A stretch of DNA of 64,000 nucleotides. Source: Candidatus Omnitrophota bacterium. GTDB lineage: Bacteria > Omnitrophota > Gorgyraeia > Duberdicusellales > 4484-171. The stretch is from NCBI GenBank assembly GCA_016935525.1, contig JAFGQU010000004.1, positions 131,774-195,773 on the forward strand. Direction: 5' to 3'. Shown one piece after another: positions 48,700 through 58,160 of this stretch. Numbering within the stretch: the stretch's first letter is position 1; the number at the start of each line of letters is the position of its first letter. Both the position numbers and the translations under genes were made by a program. The notes below the pieces were generated by a model, which ran no database searches, was not told where the DNA came from, and saw only the letters and a program-made list of their open reading frames with translations.

Positions 48700-49242
48700 C
48701 TATGCTTTTTCCGGGGGGGGATCAAATTTTTGCTGCTTTACCGTATCAAACATCTCTTTAAGAAACGTCCTTTCGGTAGCCACTAAGCCTAAATGATGCC
48801 CAATAAGAAGCTGAATGTTCCGCGGTGAAGATTTTAATTCCTGCCGCTTGGTGAGAAGCCAATTTTCGGCTTCTCTTAAAAACCGCATCCGCAGCCGCAG
48901 AAGCGGGAGGACCTCCTCTTTATTGAGAAAAGAAAGAAAATAAAGCGGGATGTCTATTTCGATAAAAGGCCGCCGTTCAGAAAGTAGAGCTTCTTTTGCC
49001 AGACGGGAAAATTCTCTCTCACCGCGGGAAGTAATACAATAGGTATATTTACGCAGGCGGGCCTGCGGCACCTCTTTTCTTTCGACAAACCCTTCTTTTT
49101 CCATCTTCTGAAGCGGGTAATAGATCGACCTGGTCTCTAACTGAGAAAACAATCCCAACTCTTTGGTGATGAATTTTTTGATATCGTATCCGGTAGCGGG
49201 GTGTTTCTTCAAAATACCCAGAATAATAAATCGCTGTATCAT
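48700..49242 (-). CDS. PadR-family transcriptional regulator
   Basis: N-terminal winged-helix GILKKHPATGYDIKKFI...YYPLQKMEKEGFV. 180 aa. Confidence 0.8.
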   Translation of the reverse strand: MIQRFIILGILKKHPATGYDIKKFITKELGLFSQLETRSIYYPLQKMEKEGFVERKEVPQARLRKYTYCITSRGEREFSRLAKEALLSERRPFIEIDIPLYFLSFLNKEEVLPLLRLRMRFLREAENWLLTKRQELKSSPRNIQLLIGHHLGLVATERTFLKEMFDTVKQQKFDPPPEKA

Positions 49243-50189
49243 TCTTTAAACATTCCCAGACTTCTGAATTTTTGATAGCGGTTCGCGAGTAAAGAATCGA
49301 TATCGGTCTTTTTAAGTTCGGCAAGATGATGGATAAGCATATCTTTCAGGTTAAGCCCGGCCTGATGAGGGTCACGATGGGCGCCGCCTTCGGGTTCGGA
49401 AATGATCCCGTCAACTACCCCTAATTCGATAAGTTCGGGAGCGGTCAGTTTAAGAGTTTTGGCGGCATCGGGAGCGCGCCGGGAATCTTTCCAGAGGATC
49501 GCGGCACATCCTTCCGGAGATATTACCGAATAATAGGAATACTCCATAATAAATACTTTATCGCCGACCCCGATACCTAACGCTCCCCCGGAACCGCCTT
49601 CCCCGATCACTACCACTATAATCGGAGTACGTATCGTAAACATATCGCGGATGTTTTCGGCAATCGCTAAAGCCTGGCCCCGTTCCTCCGCCCCGATTCC
49701 CGGATAGGCACCCGGCGTATCCACCAAACAGACGATCGGTAAAGAAAACCTTTCGGCAAGACGCATCGCTCGCATTGCTTTACGGTATCCTTCAGGATGG
49801 GCGCAGCCAAAATTCCTTTCGATATTTTCTTTGGTATCTTTCCCTTTTTGATGCCCGATCAGGACGATCTTTTCCTGCTCGATCCGGGCAAGGCCGGTGA
49901 TCAAAGCTTTATCGTCTCCGAACAGCCGGTCGCCATGTAGCTGAATAAAATTATTCATCATCGAATTGACATAATCGAGCGTCGTAGGCCGCTGGGAATG
50001 GCGGGAAATCTGCACTTTCTGCCAGGGCGTCAGTTGAGAATATATCTCCCGTTTCAGACTTTTCAATTTCTCCTGGAGTTTCTCAAGCTCTGAGGAAAGA
50101 TTTACTTCTTTATCGCGTGAGAATTCATTCAATTCTCTGATTTTATTTTCTAATTCTTCAATAGGTTTTTCAAAATCCCAGTATTGCAT
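49239..50189 (-). CDS. accA: Acetyl-CoA carboxylase carboxyltransferase alpha subunit
   Basis: MQYWDFEKPIEELENKI...GAYPGIGAEERGQ, canonical AccA blocks. Confidence 0.9.
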   Translation of the reverse strand: MQYWDFEKPIEELENKIRELNEFSRDKEVNLSSELEKLQEKLKSLKREIYSQLTPWQKVQISRHSQRPTTLDYVNSMMNNFIQLHGDRLFGDDKALITGLARIEQEKIVLIGHQKGKDTKENIERNFGCAHPEGYRKAMRAMRLAERFSLPIVCLVDTPGAYPGIGAEERGQALAIAENIRDMFTIRTPIIVVVIGEGGSGGALGIGVGDKVFIMEYSYYSVISPEGCAAILWKDSRRAPDAAKTLKLTAPELIELGVVDGIISEPEGGAHRDPHQAGLNLKDMLIHHLAELKKTDIDSLLANRYQKFRSLGMFKE

Positions 50190-50265
50190 AGGCAGCGTTT
50201 AGCGGCTAGCGGACCCGCCTGCTCCCGAACTTACGCGAGGGCGGGCAGGTAAGCGGTTAGTAAGA

Positions 50266-51072
50266 TTATTCCACTATTACTACTTCGGTCCCTACCGGTA
50301 CAACGTCGTAAAGTTCTTCTACATCGTGGTTAAACATACGTACGCACCCTAACGTCACCTGTTCCCCTATTTTATCCGGCGCTTTAGTCCCATGAATACC
50401 ATACCCTTTCTCATCAAACCCCATCCAACGGGACCCTAGAATATTCTCCGGACTATCAGGGGGAATCACAGCCCCGGTACGAAACCAGGTAGGATTTTTC
50501 AGTTTATTGATAATCTTAAAAGTACCGACCGGGGTCGATCCATTCGTGCCGGTACTGATCGGATACGTCTTGAAGATCTCTCCGTTCCGTTTCAAGAAAA
50601 GCACGTTCTGGGATTTATCAACGGCGATAGAAAAAGGACAGGTATTGACTTTCAGTTTCTGTTGAGGCCGGATAATGTGTGAACTTAACGTGTTGGCTCG
50701 CTGGATCAGCGCGACGGTAGTGCCGTATTGTTTGGCTATCTTGATCAACATATCGTTAGGTTTTACCACGTACTCGGTGCTGCACTCATCCATCACCGGG
50801 GAAAATAATAATTTCATATTTGCCCCTTCAAGAAAACCACGGGCTTCCTCCATCACCTGCGGATCTTGAGTGCTTTCCAAGACTTGTTTATACGCATTCC
50901 GCGCATCCAGAAATTCTCCCTGCGCAAAAGACTGCGCACCCTTTTCCATCACTGATGAGATCTCTCCTTTAGGTATACTCTTCTTTGAACCCTGTTTATT
51001 GAGAATAAAGACCGAGCTTATCAAAAACATCACGCATATCGCTCCGATAATAAAAATGATTGGTTTACGCAC
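50266..51072 (-). CDS. L,D-transpeptidase with a LysM domain
   Basis: LysM (YVVKPNDMLIKIAKQYG) followed by a YkuD catalytic region (HGT...LGCVRM). Confidence 0.8.
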   Translation of the reverse strand: MRKPIIFIIGAICVMFLISSVFILNKQGSKKSIPKGEISSVMEKGAQSFAQGEFLDARNAYKQVLESTQDPQVMEEARGFLEGANMKLLFSPVMDECSTEYVVKPNDMLIKIAKQYGTTVALIQRANTLSSHIIRPQQKLKVNTCPFSIAVDKSQNVLFLKRNGEIFKTYPISTGTNGSTPVGTFKIINKLKNPTWFRTGAVIPPDSPENILGSRWMGFDEKGYGIHGTKAPDKIGEQVTLGCVRMFNHDVEELYDVVPVGTEVVIVE

Positions 51073-51111
51073 TTTGTGCCTCCTTTATTGACTCATTACC
51101 TTTATCGTTAT

Positions 51112-51567
51112 TTATAAATACGCGACAAATGCGACTAAAAACCCTATCGCTGCCCCGACCAGCACTTCTATAGGGCTGTGGCCGACAAGTTCTCTTAACT
51201 TGTCCTCACTCACTTTCTGCCCTCGATGGATATCATCCATCATCCGGTTCAGGATCTTCGCCTGGACTCCGATAGACCTGCGCCAGGTCTGGGCATCAAA
51301 CATGGTGATTAAAGCAAACATAACGGCCAGAGCAAACATCGGCGAAAAAAACCCCAGCTCTCTGCCGACAGAAAATGCGAGGGCGCTTACCGCGGCACTA
51401 TGAGCCGAAGGCATACCTCCGGTACGCAAAATCCATACAAAATTGAATTTTCGCTCTTTAATGAGCCCTCCACAGATCTTGATCCCTTGAGCAATCCCCC
51501 AGCTGAATATGGTCAGCCAGAGAGGCTTGTTATAGAACAACTCTTGAATCCAATTTTCCATACTCAT
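51112..51567 (-). CDS. Divergent PAP2 (DUF212) membrane protein
   Basis: GGMPSAHSA motif. Start chosen at the MSMENW Met. The longer ORF-track form would overlap the divergent promoter. Confidence 0.6.
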   Translation of the reverse strand: MSMENWIQELFYNKPLWLTIFSWGIAQGIKICGGLIKERKFNFVWILRTGGMPSAHSAAVSALAFSVGRELGFFSPMFALAVMFALITMFDAQTWRRSIGVQAKILNRMMDDIHRGQKVSEDKLRELVGHSPIEVLVGAAIGFLVAFVAYL

Positions 51568-51687
51568 TATTATAAGATGAAAAAATATCCTATCAAGCTT
51601 TAATTCGCATAACCTTAAGGTTATTTTCCCGCCGGATTCTCCGGGAAAATGATAAAAATATTGACAGAATAACGATTTAATGATAAT

Positions 51688-52098
51688 TTGCCCATGATGT
51701 CGCAGAGTTCTCCCAAAAAAATACTCGTGGTAGATGACGAAAAAGAGGTCGTAGAATACCTCTCTTCTATCCTCCAGAGGGCCAACTATGAAGTCATCTC
51801 TACTACCCAGGGAAAACAAGCGCTTGATCTGGCTTTTGAACATAAGCCTGATTTGATCATTCTTGACGTACTTATCCCCGATCTACGCGGAGAAGAGATC
51901 TACCGGCTGCTCTCAGAAAACGCCGAAACTGCCGATATTCCCATCATCTTCCTTACCGGGATCATTACCGAAGAGGACGAAAGTTTTATCCAGAATCTTA
52001 CCGGCAGGTCAAGGCTTCTGGCAAAACCCACGACTAAAGAGAAGATCCTCGATGCAATCCATAAAACCCTGGAAGATCACGACCTTTCGCTTTCGTAA
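51688..52098 (+). CDS. Stand-alone response regulator receiver protein
   Basis: KKILVVDDEKEV...DLIILDVLIPD..., CheY-like acid pocket and phospho-Asp. No output domain. Confidence 0.8.
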   Translation: MPMMSQSSPKKILVVDDEKEVVEYLSSILQRANYEVISTTQGKQALDLAFEHKPDLIILDVLIPDLRGEEIYRLLSENAETADIPIIFLTGIITEEDESFIQNLTGRSRLLAKPTTKEKILDAIHKTLEDHDLSLS

Positions 52099-52266
52099 TC
52101 CCGTATAAATAAATATCCGCAACCCCTTGATTTTGAATGAGAAATGTTATATATATGAGGTTGTTGCCACAAACAAAACTCGGCATACCCCCACCTGTAG
52201 GGGTTGCCATGACAAGATTCCTCAATATATCGATACTGAGGCAACGAGACAAAAAAGGAGGAGAAA

Positions 52267-52614
52267 ATGAAGACATCTTTAGTGAGGATTTTCCTGATTG
52301 CGATATTCCTGGTGAGCGGAATCGGGCTTTCTTTTGCTACCGTTGAGCAAGAACTTTCGGCAATGGAACGTTACGAATATACCTCACAGGAATTTCAGGA
52401 TGTCCTGAATATCATCCACTATTACCATCCCCAGTATTCCCGCGATAAGATCGGCCGGCTGATCGTCATGGCTTATTACGAACTTCAGGGACATTTTCGT
52501 GATGTATCGCTTTATGAAGTCGCCCTGGGAATTAAAAGCCACGCGCGCGACCGGCTGGGTATCGATCTTGAACATCATGTAGTGACCTATCTCAATGCCA
52601 AAATAAAGAAATAA
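52267..52614 (+). CDS. Small secreted hypothetical protein
   Basis: Signal peptide MKTSLVRIFLIAIFLVSG. RBS AAAGGAGGAG. Followed by a terminator. Confidence 0.45.
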   Translation: MKTSLVRIFLIAIFLVSGIGLSFATVEQELSAMERYEYTSQEFQDVLNIIHYYHPQYSRDKIGRLIVMAYYELQGHFRDVSLYEVALGIKSHARDRLGIDLEHHVVTYLNAKIKK

Positions 52615-52640
52615 CTTCTCCTTGCTTTCCGATGATTACA

Positions 52641-52676
52641 AGCCTTGTTGAACGCACGTTCAACAAGGCTTTTTAT
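52641..52676 (+). terminator. Rho-independent terminator
   Basis: agccttgttgaacg-cac-cgttcaacaaggct stem followed by TTTTT. Confidence 0.6.
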
Positions 52677-52693
52677 CTGCGATCATCCGCGTA

Positions 52694-54229
52694 TCATATC
52701 CACAAATTCTTATCCAGACTCCGGTACTGGACCGCTTCACAGATATGTTCGGTCTTGATGATCTCGCTCTCGCTCAGATCGGCGATAGTCCGGGCGATTT
52801 TCAGGATCTTATCATAGACCCGCACGCTGAACCGGAACTCGCGGACTGCCGCCTGGAAAAATTGTGTGGCATCAGGAGTGAGCAGACAATATTTTCGGAT
52901 AAGGCGGTGATTCATCTGGGCGTTAAAAAAAAGTTTATTATGTTTCAGGCGGTCCCGCTGGATATACATCGCGAGGTTTACCCGTTCTTTTATGGTCGCC
53001 GAACTCTCCGCGGCCATCGATTCGGCCATCAACATCTCGATTTTCACGTTCTGCAGTTCGATATGGATATCGATCCGGTCTAAGAGCGGGCCGGATATTT
53101 TACTGCGATACCGCTGGATCTGAAAACTCGAACAGTGACAGGGTTTATCCGGTGAGGTGAAATACCCGCAGGGACAGGGGTTCATCGCCGCAGCCAATAA
53201 GAACCGTGCCGGGAACCGGACATGGTCCGTTGCCCGGGCGATCTGGACGACTCCTTCTTCAAGCGGTTGGCGTAACGCTTCTAACGAATGGCGGGAAAAT
53301 TCCGGTAATTCGTCAAGGAAAAGCACACCATAATGGGCTAAACTGATCTCTCCCGGCCGGATATGGCTTCCGCCGCCGACCAGAGCGACATAGGAGGCGG
53401 TATGATGAGGGTTGCGAAACGGCCGGGTCTTGATCAACGGTTTTTTTTCATGAAGCAGTCCGGCGATACTATAGATCTTAGTCACCTCTAATATCTCTTC
53501 ATAGGACATATCCGGCAGAATAGTCGGGATCCGTTTAGCCAGCATGGTTTTTCCTACTCCCGGCGGTCCGATAAGAAGCATATTATGCATCCCGCTTACC
53601 CCGACTTCTAACGCTCGTTTGGCAAAAAGCTGGCCTTTCACATCGGCAAAATCGATATCGTGCTCCAACAGTGCACTATACGCATTGTGTTGTAAAGATT
53701 GAAGAGGCTTTTTTTCCACAAGCCCCGAAAGGAAACCTACCGCTTCGGTAAGATGGGAAACCGGATAAAGATGAACGTTATCGATAAGTCCGGCTTCGGG
53801 AATATTATCTTTAGGAATAATCAATTTTTTTTTAAATTCTTTCGCTTTGAGCACCATAGGGAATATTCCGCTCACTTTTCTTATGTTACCTTCTAAAGAA
53901 AGTTCCCCTAAGATAAGATATTCGGAAAGATCGGCATGCAACTGGCCGGTCGCCTGCAAAATCCCCAGCGCGATCGCAAGGTCAAAATGAGACCCTTCCT
54001 TTTTTATATTTGCCGGGGCAAGATTCACGGTGATCCGTTGCGGTATGAATTCATAACCGCTGTTTTTTATCCCGGAACGGACCCGGTCTTTACTTTCTTT
54101 AGCCGAACTATCAAGCAGTCCGACTAAGGAGACCGCCGGTAATCCCCGTTGTACGTCGACTTCTACATCGACCGGGTAAACTTCTAATCCCGAATACGCA
54201 AATGAAAATATCTTGGAAACCATGGCCAT
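52694..54229 (-). CDS. YifB/ComM-family Mg-chelatase-like AAA+ ATPase
   Basis: N-terminal Lon-like region (AYSGLEVYPVDVEV), Walker A GPPGVGKT and a C-terminal MgChl domain. Confidence 0.85.
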   Translation of the reverse strand: MAMVSKIFSFAYSGLEVYPVDVEVDVQRGLPAVSLVGLLDSSAKESKDRVRSGIKNSGYEFIPQRITVNLAPANIKKEGSHFDLAIALGILQATGQLHADLSEYLILGELSLEGNIRKVSGIFPMVLKAKEFKKKLIIPKDNIPEAGLIDNVHLYPVSHLTEAVGFLSGLVEKKPLQSLQHNAYSALLEHDIDFADVKGQLFAKRALEVGVSGMHNMLLIGPPGVGKTMLAKRIPTILPDMSYEEILEVTKIYSIAGLLHEKKPLIKTRPFRNPHHTASYVALVGGGSHIRPGEISLAHYGVLFLDELPEFSRHSLEALRQPLEEGVVQIARATDHVRFPARFLLAAAMNPCPCGYFTSPDKPCHCSSFQIQRYRSKISGPLLDRIDIHIELQNVKIEMLMAESMAAESSATIKERVNLAMYIQRDRLKHNKLFFNAQMNHRLIRKYCLLTPDATQFFQAAVREFRFSVRVYDKILKIARTIADLSESEIIKTEHICEAVQYRSLDKNLWI

Positions 54230-54525
54230 GTATTAGATAAAACGAGTGGGTACCTGTTATTATTTTACGTTACCCGGTACCGGGTGAGCAATATTAAACT
54301 ACTGTCCTGTTTCCACTTTATCCTGTCCTGTTTCCACCCGGGAATAGCCCGATTATGTGAGAAATACTTTAAAATATTGGACAATATGATAAAATACCCC
54401 ATTATTGATACCGTCGAGAATAAAGGTTCCCGCGTTTTCCCTATGCTCTGAGTTATCCCGTTCAGAAGAACGGGTAAACGGACAAACGGGCGAACGGGCT
54501 CACCTGACTATAACTGTCAAAAATT

Positions 54526-56490
54526 ATGAAAAAGTATCCGTTAGAAGGGTTTACCACACCCCATATTGTCACTTTTGAGAATAACTTAAACCCTCAACAG
54601 TTAAAAGTAGTCCTGGAAGGCGACGGGCCGGCGTTAGTCCTTGCCGGAGCAGGCAGCGGTAAGACCAGGGTACTCATCTACCGGTTAGCCTATCTTTTAG
54701 AAAAAGGGATCTCACCCCGTGAGATCCTTCTGGTCACCTTTACCAATAAAGCGGCAAGCGAAATGCTCCATCGTGCCGAAAGCCTGCTCAAACGTACCCT
54801 GGGCGACCTCTGGTCGGGAACATTCCATCATGTCGGAAATGTCATCTTACGTAAAGAAGCGAACGCGTTAGGATATTCGGCTAATTTCACGATCCTTGAC
54901 CGCGAAGACTCGCTTGATTTTTTTGATGACTGTATTGAAGAGCTCGGGTTTGACCGGAAAGAAAAATTGTTTCCTAAAAAAAATGTGATCAGTAATATCT
55001 GGACTCTTTCGGTAAACTCGCTTAAAGATATAGAAAAAGTGATCGGCGAATTTTATCCGCACCTGGAAGAATTCATCCCGCCGATAAAAAAGGTGATCCA
55101 CACCTACCGTAAGAAGAAAAAGGAAGCAAACGTCATGGATTTCTCGGACCTCCTCTACGGATGGCTTACCCTTATGCAGGAAGATACCCTGGCGAAAAAA
55201 TACAGCGGATTATTTCGTTATATCCTGGTCGACGAATATCAGGATACCAACCGCATCCAGTTCGAACTGCTCAAAAAAATATCTTCTTTCCACAAGAACA
55301 TCCTGGTAGTCGGCGATGACGCTCAATCGATCTATTCATTCCGGGCCGCCGACATCAACAATCTCCTGGAATTTCCCAAAACGTTCGCGAACGCGAACGT
55401 GTTTAAACTTGAGACCAATTACCGGTCTACTCCGCAGATCTTACAGCTTGCCAACCAGATCATCAAACAGAATATGAACCAATTTCCCAAGGAACTTAAA
55501 GCGGTAAAAAAAGACGGCGCCCTACCGGCAATCGTAAAGACTAAAGACGTCTATGCCCAGGCTCATTTTGTTGCCCAGCGCATCCTGGAACTCGCCCGAG
55601 AAGGGCTCATGTTAGAAAAGATCGCCGTTCTGTTTCGTTCCCGGTTTCAGGCACTGGAACTGGAAATGGAACTCCTTAAACGTAACATCCCTTATGTAGT
55701 ACGGGGCGGTATGCGGTTTTTTGAACAAGCCCATATCAAAGATGTCATTTCCTACCTCAAATATGAGATGAATCCCCGTGACGAACTCTCGTTTAAACGG
55801 GCAATATGCCTGCACCGGGCTATCGGCAGGGGCTACGCGTCAAAAATATATTACAAACACAGCCAGGAAAATAAAAATTTTGAGGTGATCTTGAACGAAT
55901 TACCGAAAAAACAGAAAGAGAGCATGAAAGAATTCACCGATATCCTGAAAGAGATCCGCAAAAGCTCTTCGGCCGAAGAAGCGATCCGGACAATCATTAA
56001 GTCTTACCACGACTATTGTTACCTTTCTTTCGACAACCCCGAAGACCGCATCCAGGATCTGGAAGAACTGGCTAAAATGGCCCACAGTTATTCTTCGATA
56101 AAAGATTTCCTTTTGGACCTCGGTTCTTATGAAGAATTCAAAGGCGAAACCGTACTAAACGCCCGGAACGATAACGGGTTACTTGTCCTCTCGACGATCC
56201 ATCAGGCAAAAGGGTTGGAATGGAACGTGGTATTTTTTATCGGGTTCTGCGATTACGAATTCCCTCACCCCAAATCCCTCGGCACCCCTCAAGCGTTAGA
56301 AGAAGAACGCCGTCTGTTTTACGTGACCGCGACCCGGGCAAAAGACGAGTTATATATCGTCTACCCGGAAACCAAATATACCTACCGTAACGGTTTAATC
56401 CTTACCCGGGCTTCCCAATTCTACTGGGAACTTCCGCCGGCTTGTTTTGAAGAATGGGAAACGACCGAAAATCCTCAGGATTTATTCTAA
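54526..56490 (+). CDS. UvrD/PcrA/Rep-family ATP-dependent DNA helicase
   Basis: LNPQQLKVV, GAGSGKT Walker A, DEYQDT (motif II) and VGDDAQSIYSFR. Confidence 0.85.
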   Translation: MKKYPLEGFTTPHIVTFENNLNPQQLKVVLEGDGPALVLAGAGSGKTRVLIYRLAYLLEKGISPREILLVTFTNKAASEMLHRAESLLKRTLGDLWSGTFHHVGNVILRKEANALGYSANFTILDREDSLDFFDDCIEELGFDRKEKLFPKKNVISNIWTLSVNSLKDIEKVIGEFYPHLEEFIPPIKKVIHTYRKKKKEANVMDFSDLLYGWLTLMQEDTLAKKYSGLFRYILVDEYQDTNRIQFELLKKISSFHKNILVVGDDAQSIYSFRAADINNLLEFPKTFANANVFKLETNYRSTPQILQLANQIIKQNMNQFPKELKAVKKDGALPAIVKTKDVYAQAHFVAQRILELAREGLMLEKIAVLFRSRFQALELEMELLKRNIPYVVRGGMRFFEQAHIKDVISYLKYEMNPRDELSFKRAICLHRAIGRGYASKIYYKHSQENKNFEVILNELPKKQKESMKEFTDILKEIRKSSSAEEAIRTIIKSYHDYCYLSFDNPEDRIQDLEELAKMAHSYSSIKDFLLDLGSYEEFKGETVLNARNDNGLLVLSTIHQAKGLEWNVVFFIGFCDYEFPHPKSLGTPQALEEERRLFYVTATRAKDELYIVYPETKYTYRNGLILTRASQFYWELPPACFEEWETTENPQDLF

Positions 56491-58043
56491 CGATCCTCTA
56501 TGTTTCCTGAAGTTATAAAAGGAGGGATATCTATATGGAAATATTCTCTTAAAATAGATTGAGCGACATTTGCCGCTAAGATATGATTGCCGGTGCCGGT
56601 GCAATGTCCAAAATCTCCGGCAAAAGTATCAGCAAATATGTAATAATACGGCATCTGGATTAAGGCTTCTTTAAATGTTTTTTCATTATCGACAAAAGTG
56701 ATTCCTGTGTGATCAATAAATATCCTTTTGAGCGGGCCGATATCGCGTAAAGGATATTGGACACAGACAAGATGAATCCCCCGCGATGCTACCATATCGT
56801 ATAGTGCAAGAAAGTTGGCCCGGGTATTCGCATTATAATATTTGTCTTCCCACTCCTTTACTTTACGATAATACTTTTCTGATTGAGCGGTATCTCCCAA
56901 TAGATACCATACATACCCCAATCCTCCCCAAATATTTTTATTCTCAACTCCGGATTCTACAGCGTGGCGATATACCGCAAGAGCCTGCTGATATTTATGT
57001 TGAAATATGTAGCAATTGGCTAATTCCTGATACACAATATGGGTATCGGGATAACGAGAAAGCAATTGTGTTAATATCGCCTCGGTTTTACTAAAAACCT
57101 GTTCGGCTTCATCTTTCAACCATTCGCTGTTTAATGTTTTCGCCCAATAAGCATACATATGGGCCGCCTTGACATACGTATCGGTATATTCACTGATATC
57201 AGGATCCCCTTTAAGCGCTTTATCAATCTCATCTACCGCAGTCATCCCGGAGCCCTGTATATGCAAAACCCAGGCTAACAATGTATGCGCGCGGATATGG
57301 CCAGGTTCATGTTTCAGGATAAGATTGAGCTGGTCCTCAGCCTTTTCATATTCCCCCTTTTCAACCAATAGTTCCGCCTCTTTTTCCCAATGACGCATTT
57401 GTTCGATATTGATGAAGGGCCCGGGAGGATCAGATTCGTTTATATTTTCAGCGGTCACCTGTGAGAAAAAATGTCCTCCGATCCTTTTGGCGATCTTAGA
57501 AGAAAAATCTAACAGCAACTCGGTTAATTTATATATACGTAAGGAACGGATAGCCCGTCCTGTTTTTTTTAGAAAACCAGTCGGGTATTTTCTCAGTTCT
57601 TCCCGATCATTCACTCCCATCATTGCCACCACAATATGGGGTTCATAACGATTTAACTGATCTTCTAATCTATCGATTACCTGTGTAGTAGTAATCCCCG
57701 GTATCCCTTTATTGATCACCGAAACCCGTTTAAACAGCACTCTATGTGTCCCGACGACCTTATACTCCCCCCCTTCCCGATAATCGTTAAGGATGGTTTC
57801 CAACTGCGCCGGATACGATTTCTCCTCTCCCAAAGCCGTCGTTGATTCTCCCACACAAAGGATACGCAGGTCCCCGCCTTGAGCGATGGACTTTCGATTT
57901 CTCATCTCCTGTATTGAGAGAAAAGTAAATCCGCCTATCCGCATCAGGCATTCGATAGAACACAAAATAAAAAAGAAAAGAAATATCCAAAAGAAAAATA
58001 TCTTATACCGAGAATAATTTTTTTGATGACATTTTCCCATCAT
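56487..58043 (-). CDS. Membrane-anchored SGNH/GDSL-like hydrolase with an inserted TPR region
   Basis: N-terminal TM segment, block I CVGESTT, block III MMGVND, TPR repeats, then block V DFGHCT. Confidence 0.55.
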   Translation of the reverse strand: MMGKCHQKNYSRYKIFFFWIFLFFFILCSIECLMRIGGFTFLSIQEMRNRKSIAQGGDLRILCVGESTTALGEEKSYPAQLETILNDYREGGEYKVVGTHRVLFKRVSVINKGIPGITTTQVIDRLEDQLNRYEPHIVVAMMGVNDREELRKYPTGFLKKTGRAIRSLRIYKLTELLLDFSSKIAKRIGGHFFSQVTAENINESDPPGPFINIEQMRHWEKEAELLVEKGEYEKAEDQLNLILKHEPGHIRAHTLLAWVLHIQGSGMTAVDEIDKALKGDPDISEYTDTYVKAAHMYAYWAKTLNSEWLKDEAEQVFSKTEAILTQLLSRYPDTHIVYQELANCYIFQHKYQQALAVYRHAVESGVENKNIWGGLGYVWYLLGDTAQSEKYYRKVKEWEDKYYNANTRANFLALYDMVASRGIHLVCVQYPLRDIGPLKRIFIDHTGITFVDNEKTFKEALIQMPYYYIFADTFAGDFGHCTGTGNHILAANVAQSILREYFHIDIPPFITSGNIEDR

Positions 58044-58160
58044 TCTCTATGTTCACTCAAACCCCACAGCACAATACGCCAGATCGTTCCCGGGAAAGAA
58101 GCCTTGCCCCTCTCGGGGAATATTCCCGATCGGATCCGATGAAGGATAAGAAACACCGGA

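Noticed and set aside
52099-52266. Possible sigma-54 promoter or structured element before the small secreted protein gene (ggcatacccccacctgtaggggttgcc)
   Set aside because: There is no clean TGGCAC-N5-TTGC spacing, and the hairpin is imperfect. Insufficient evidence to call.
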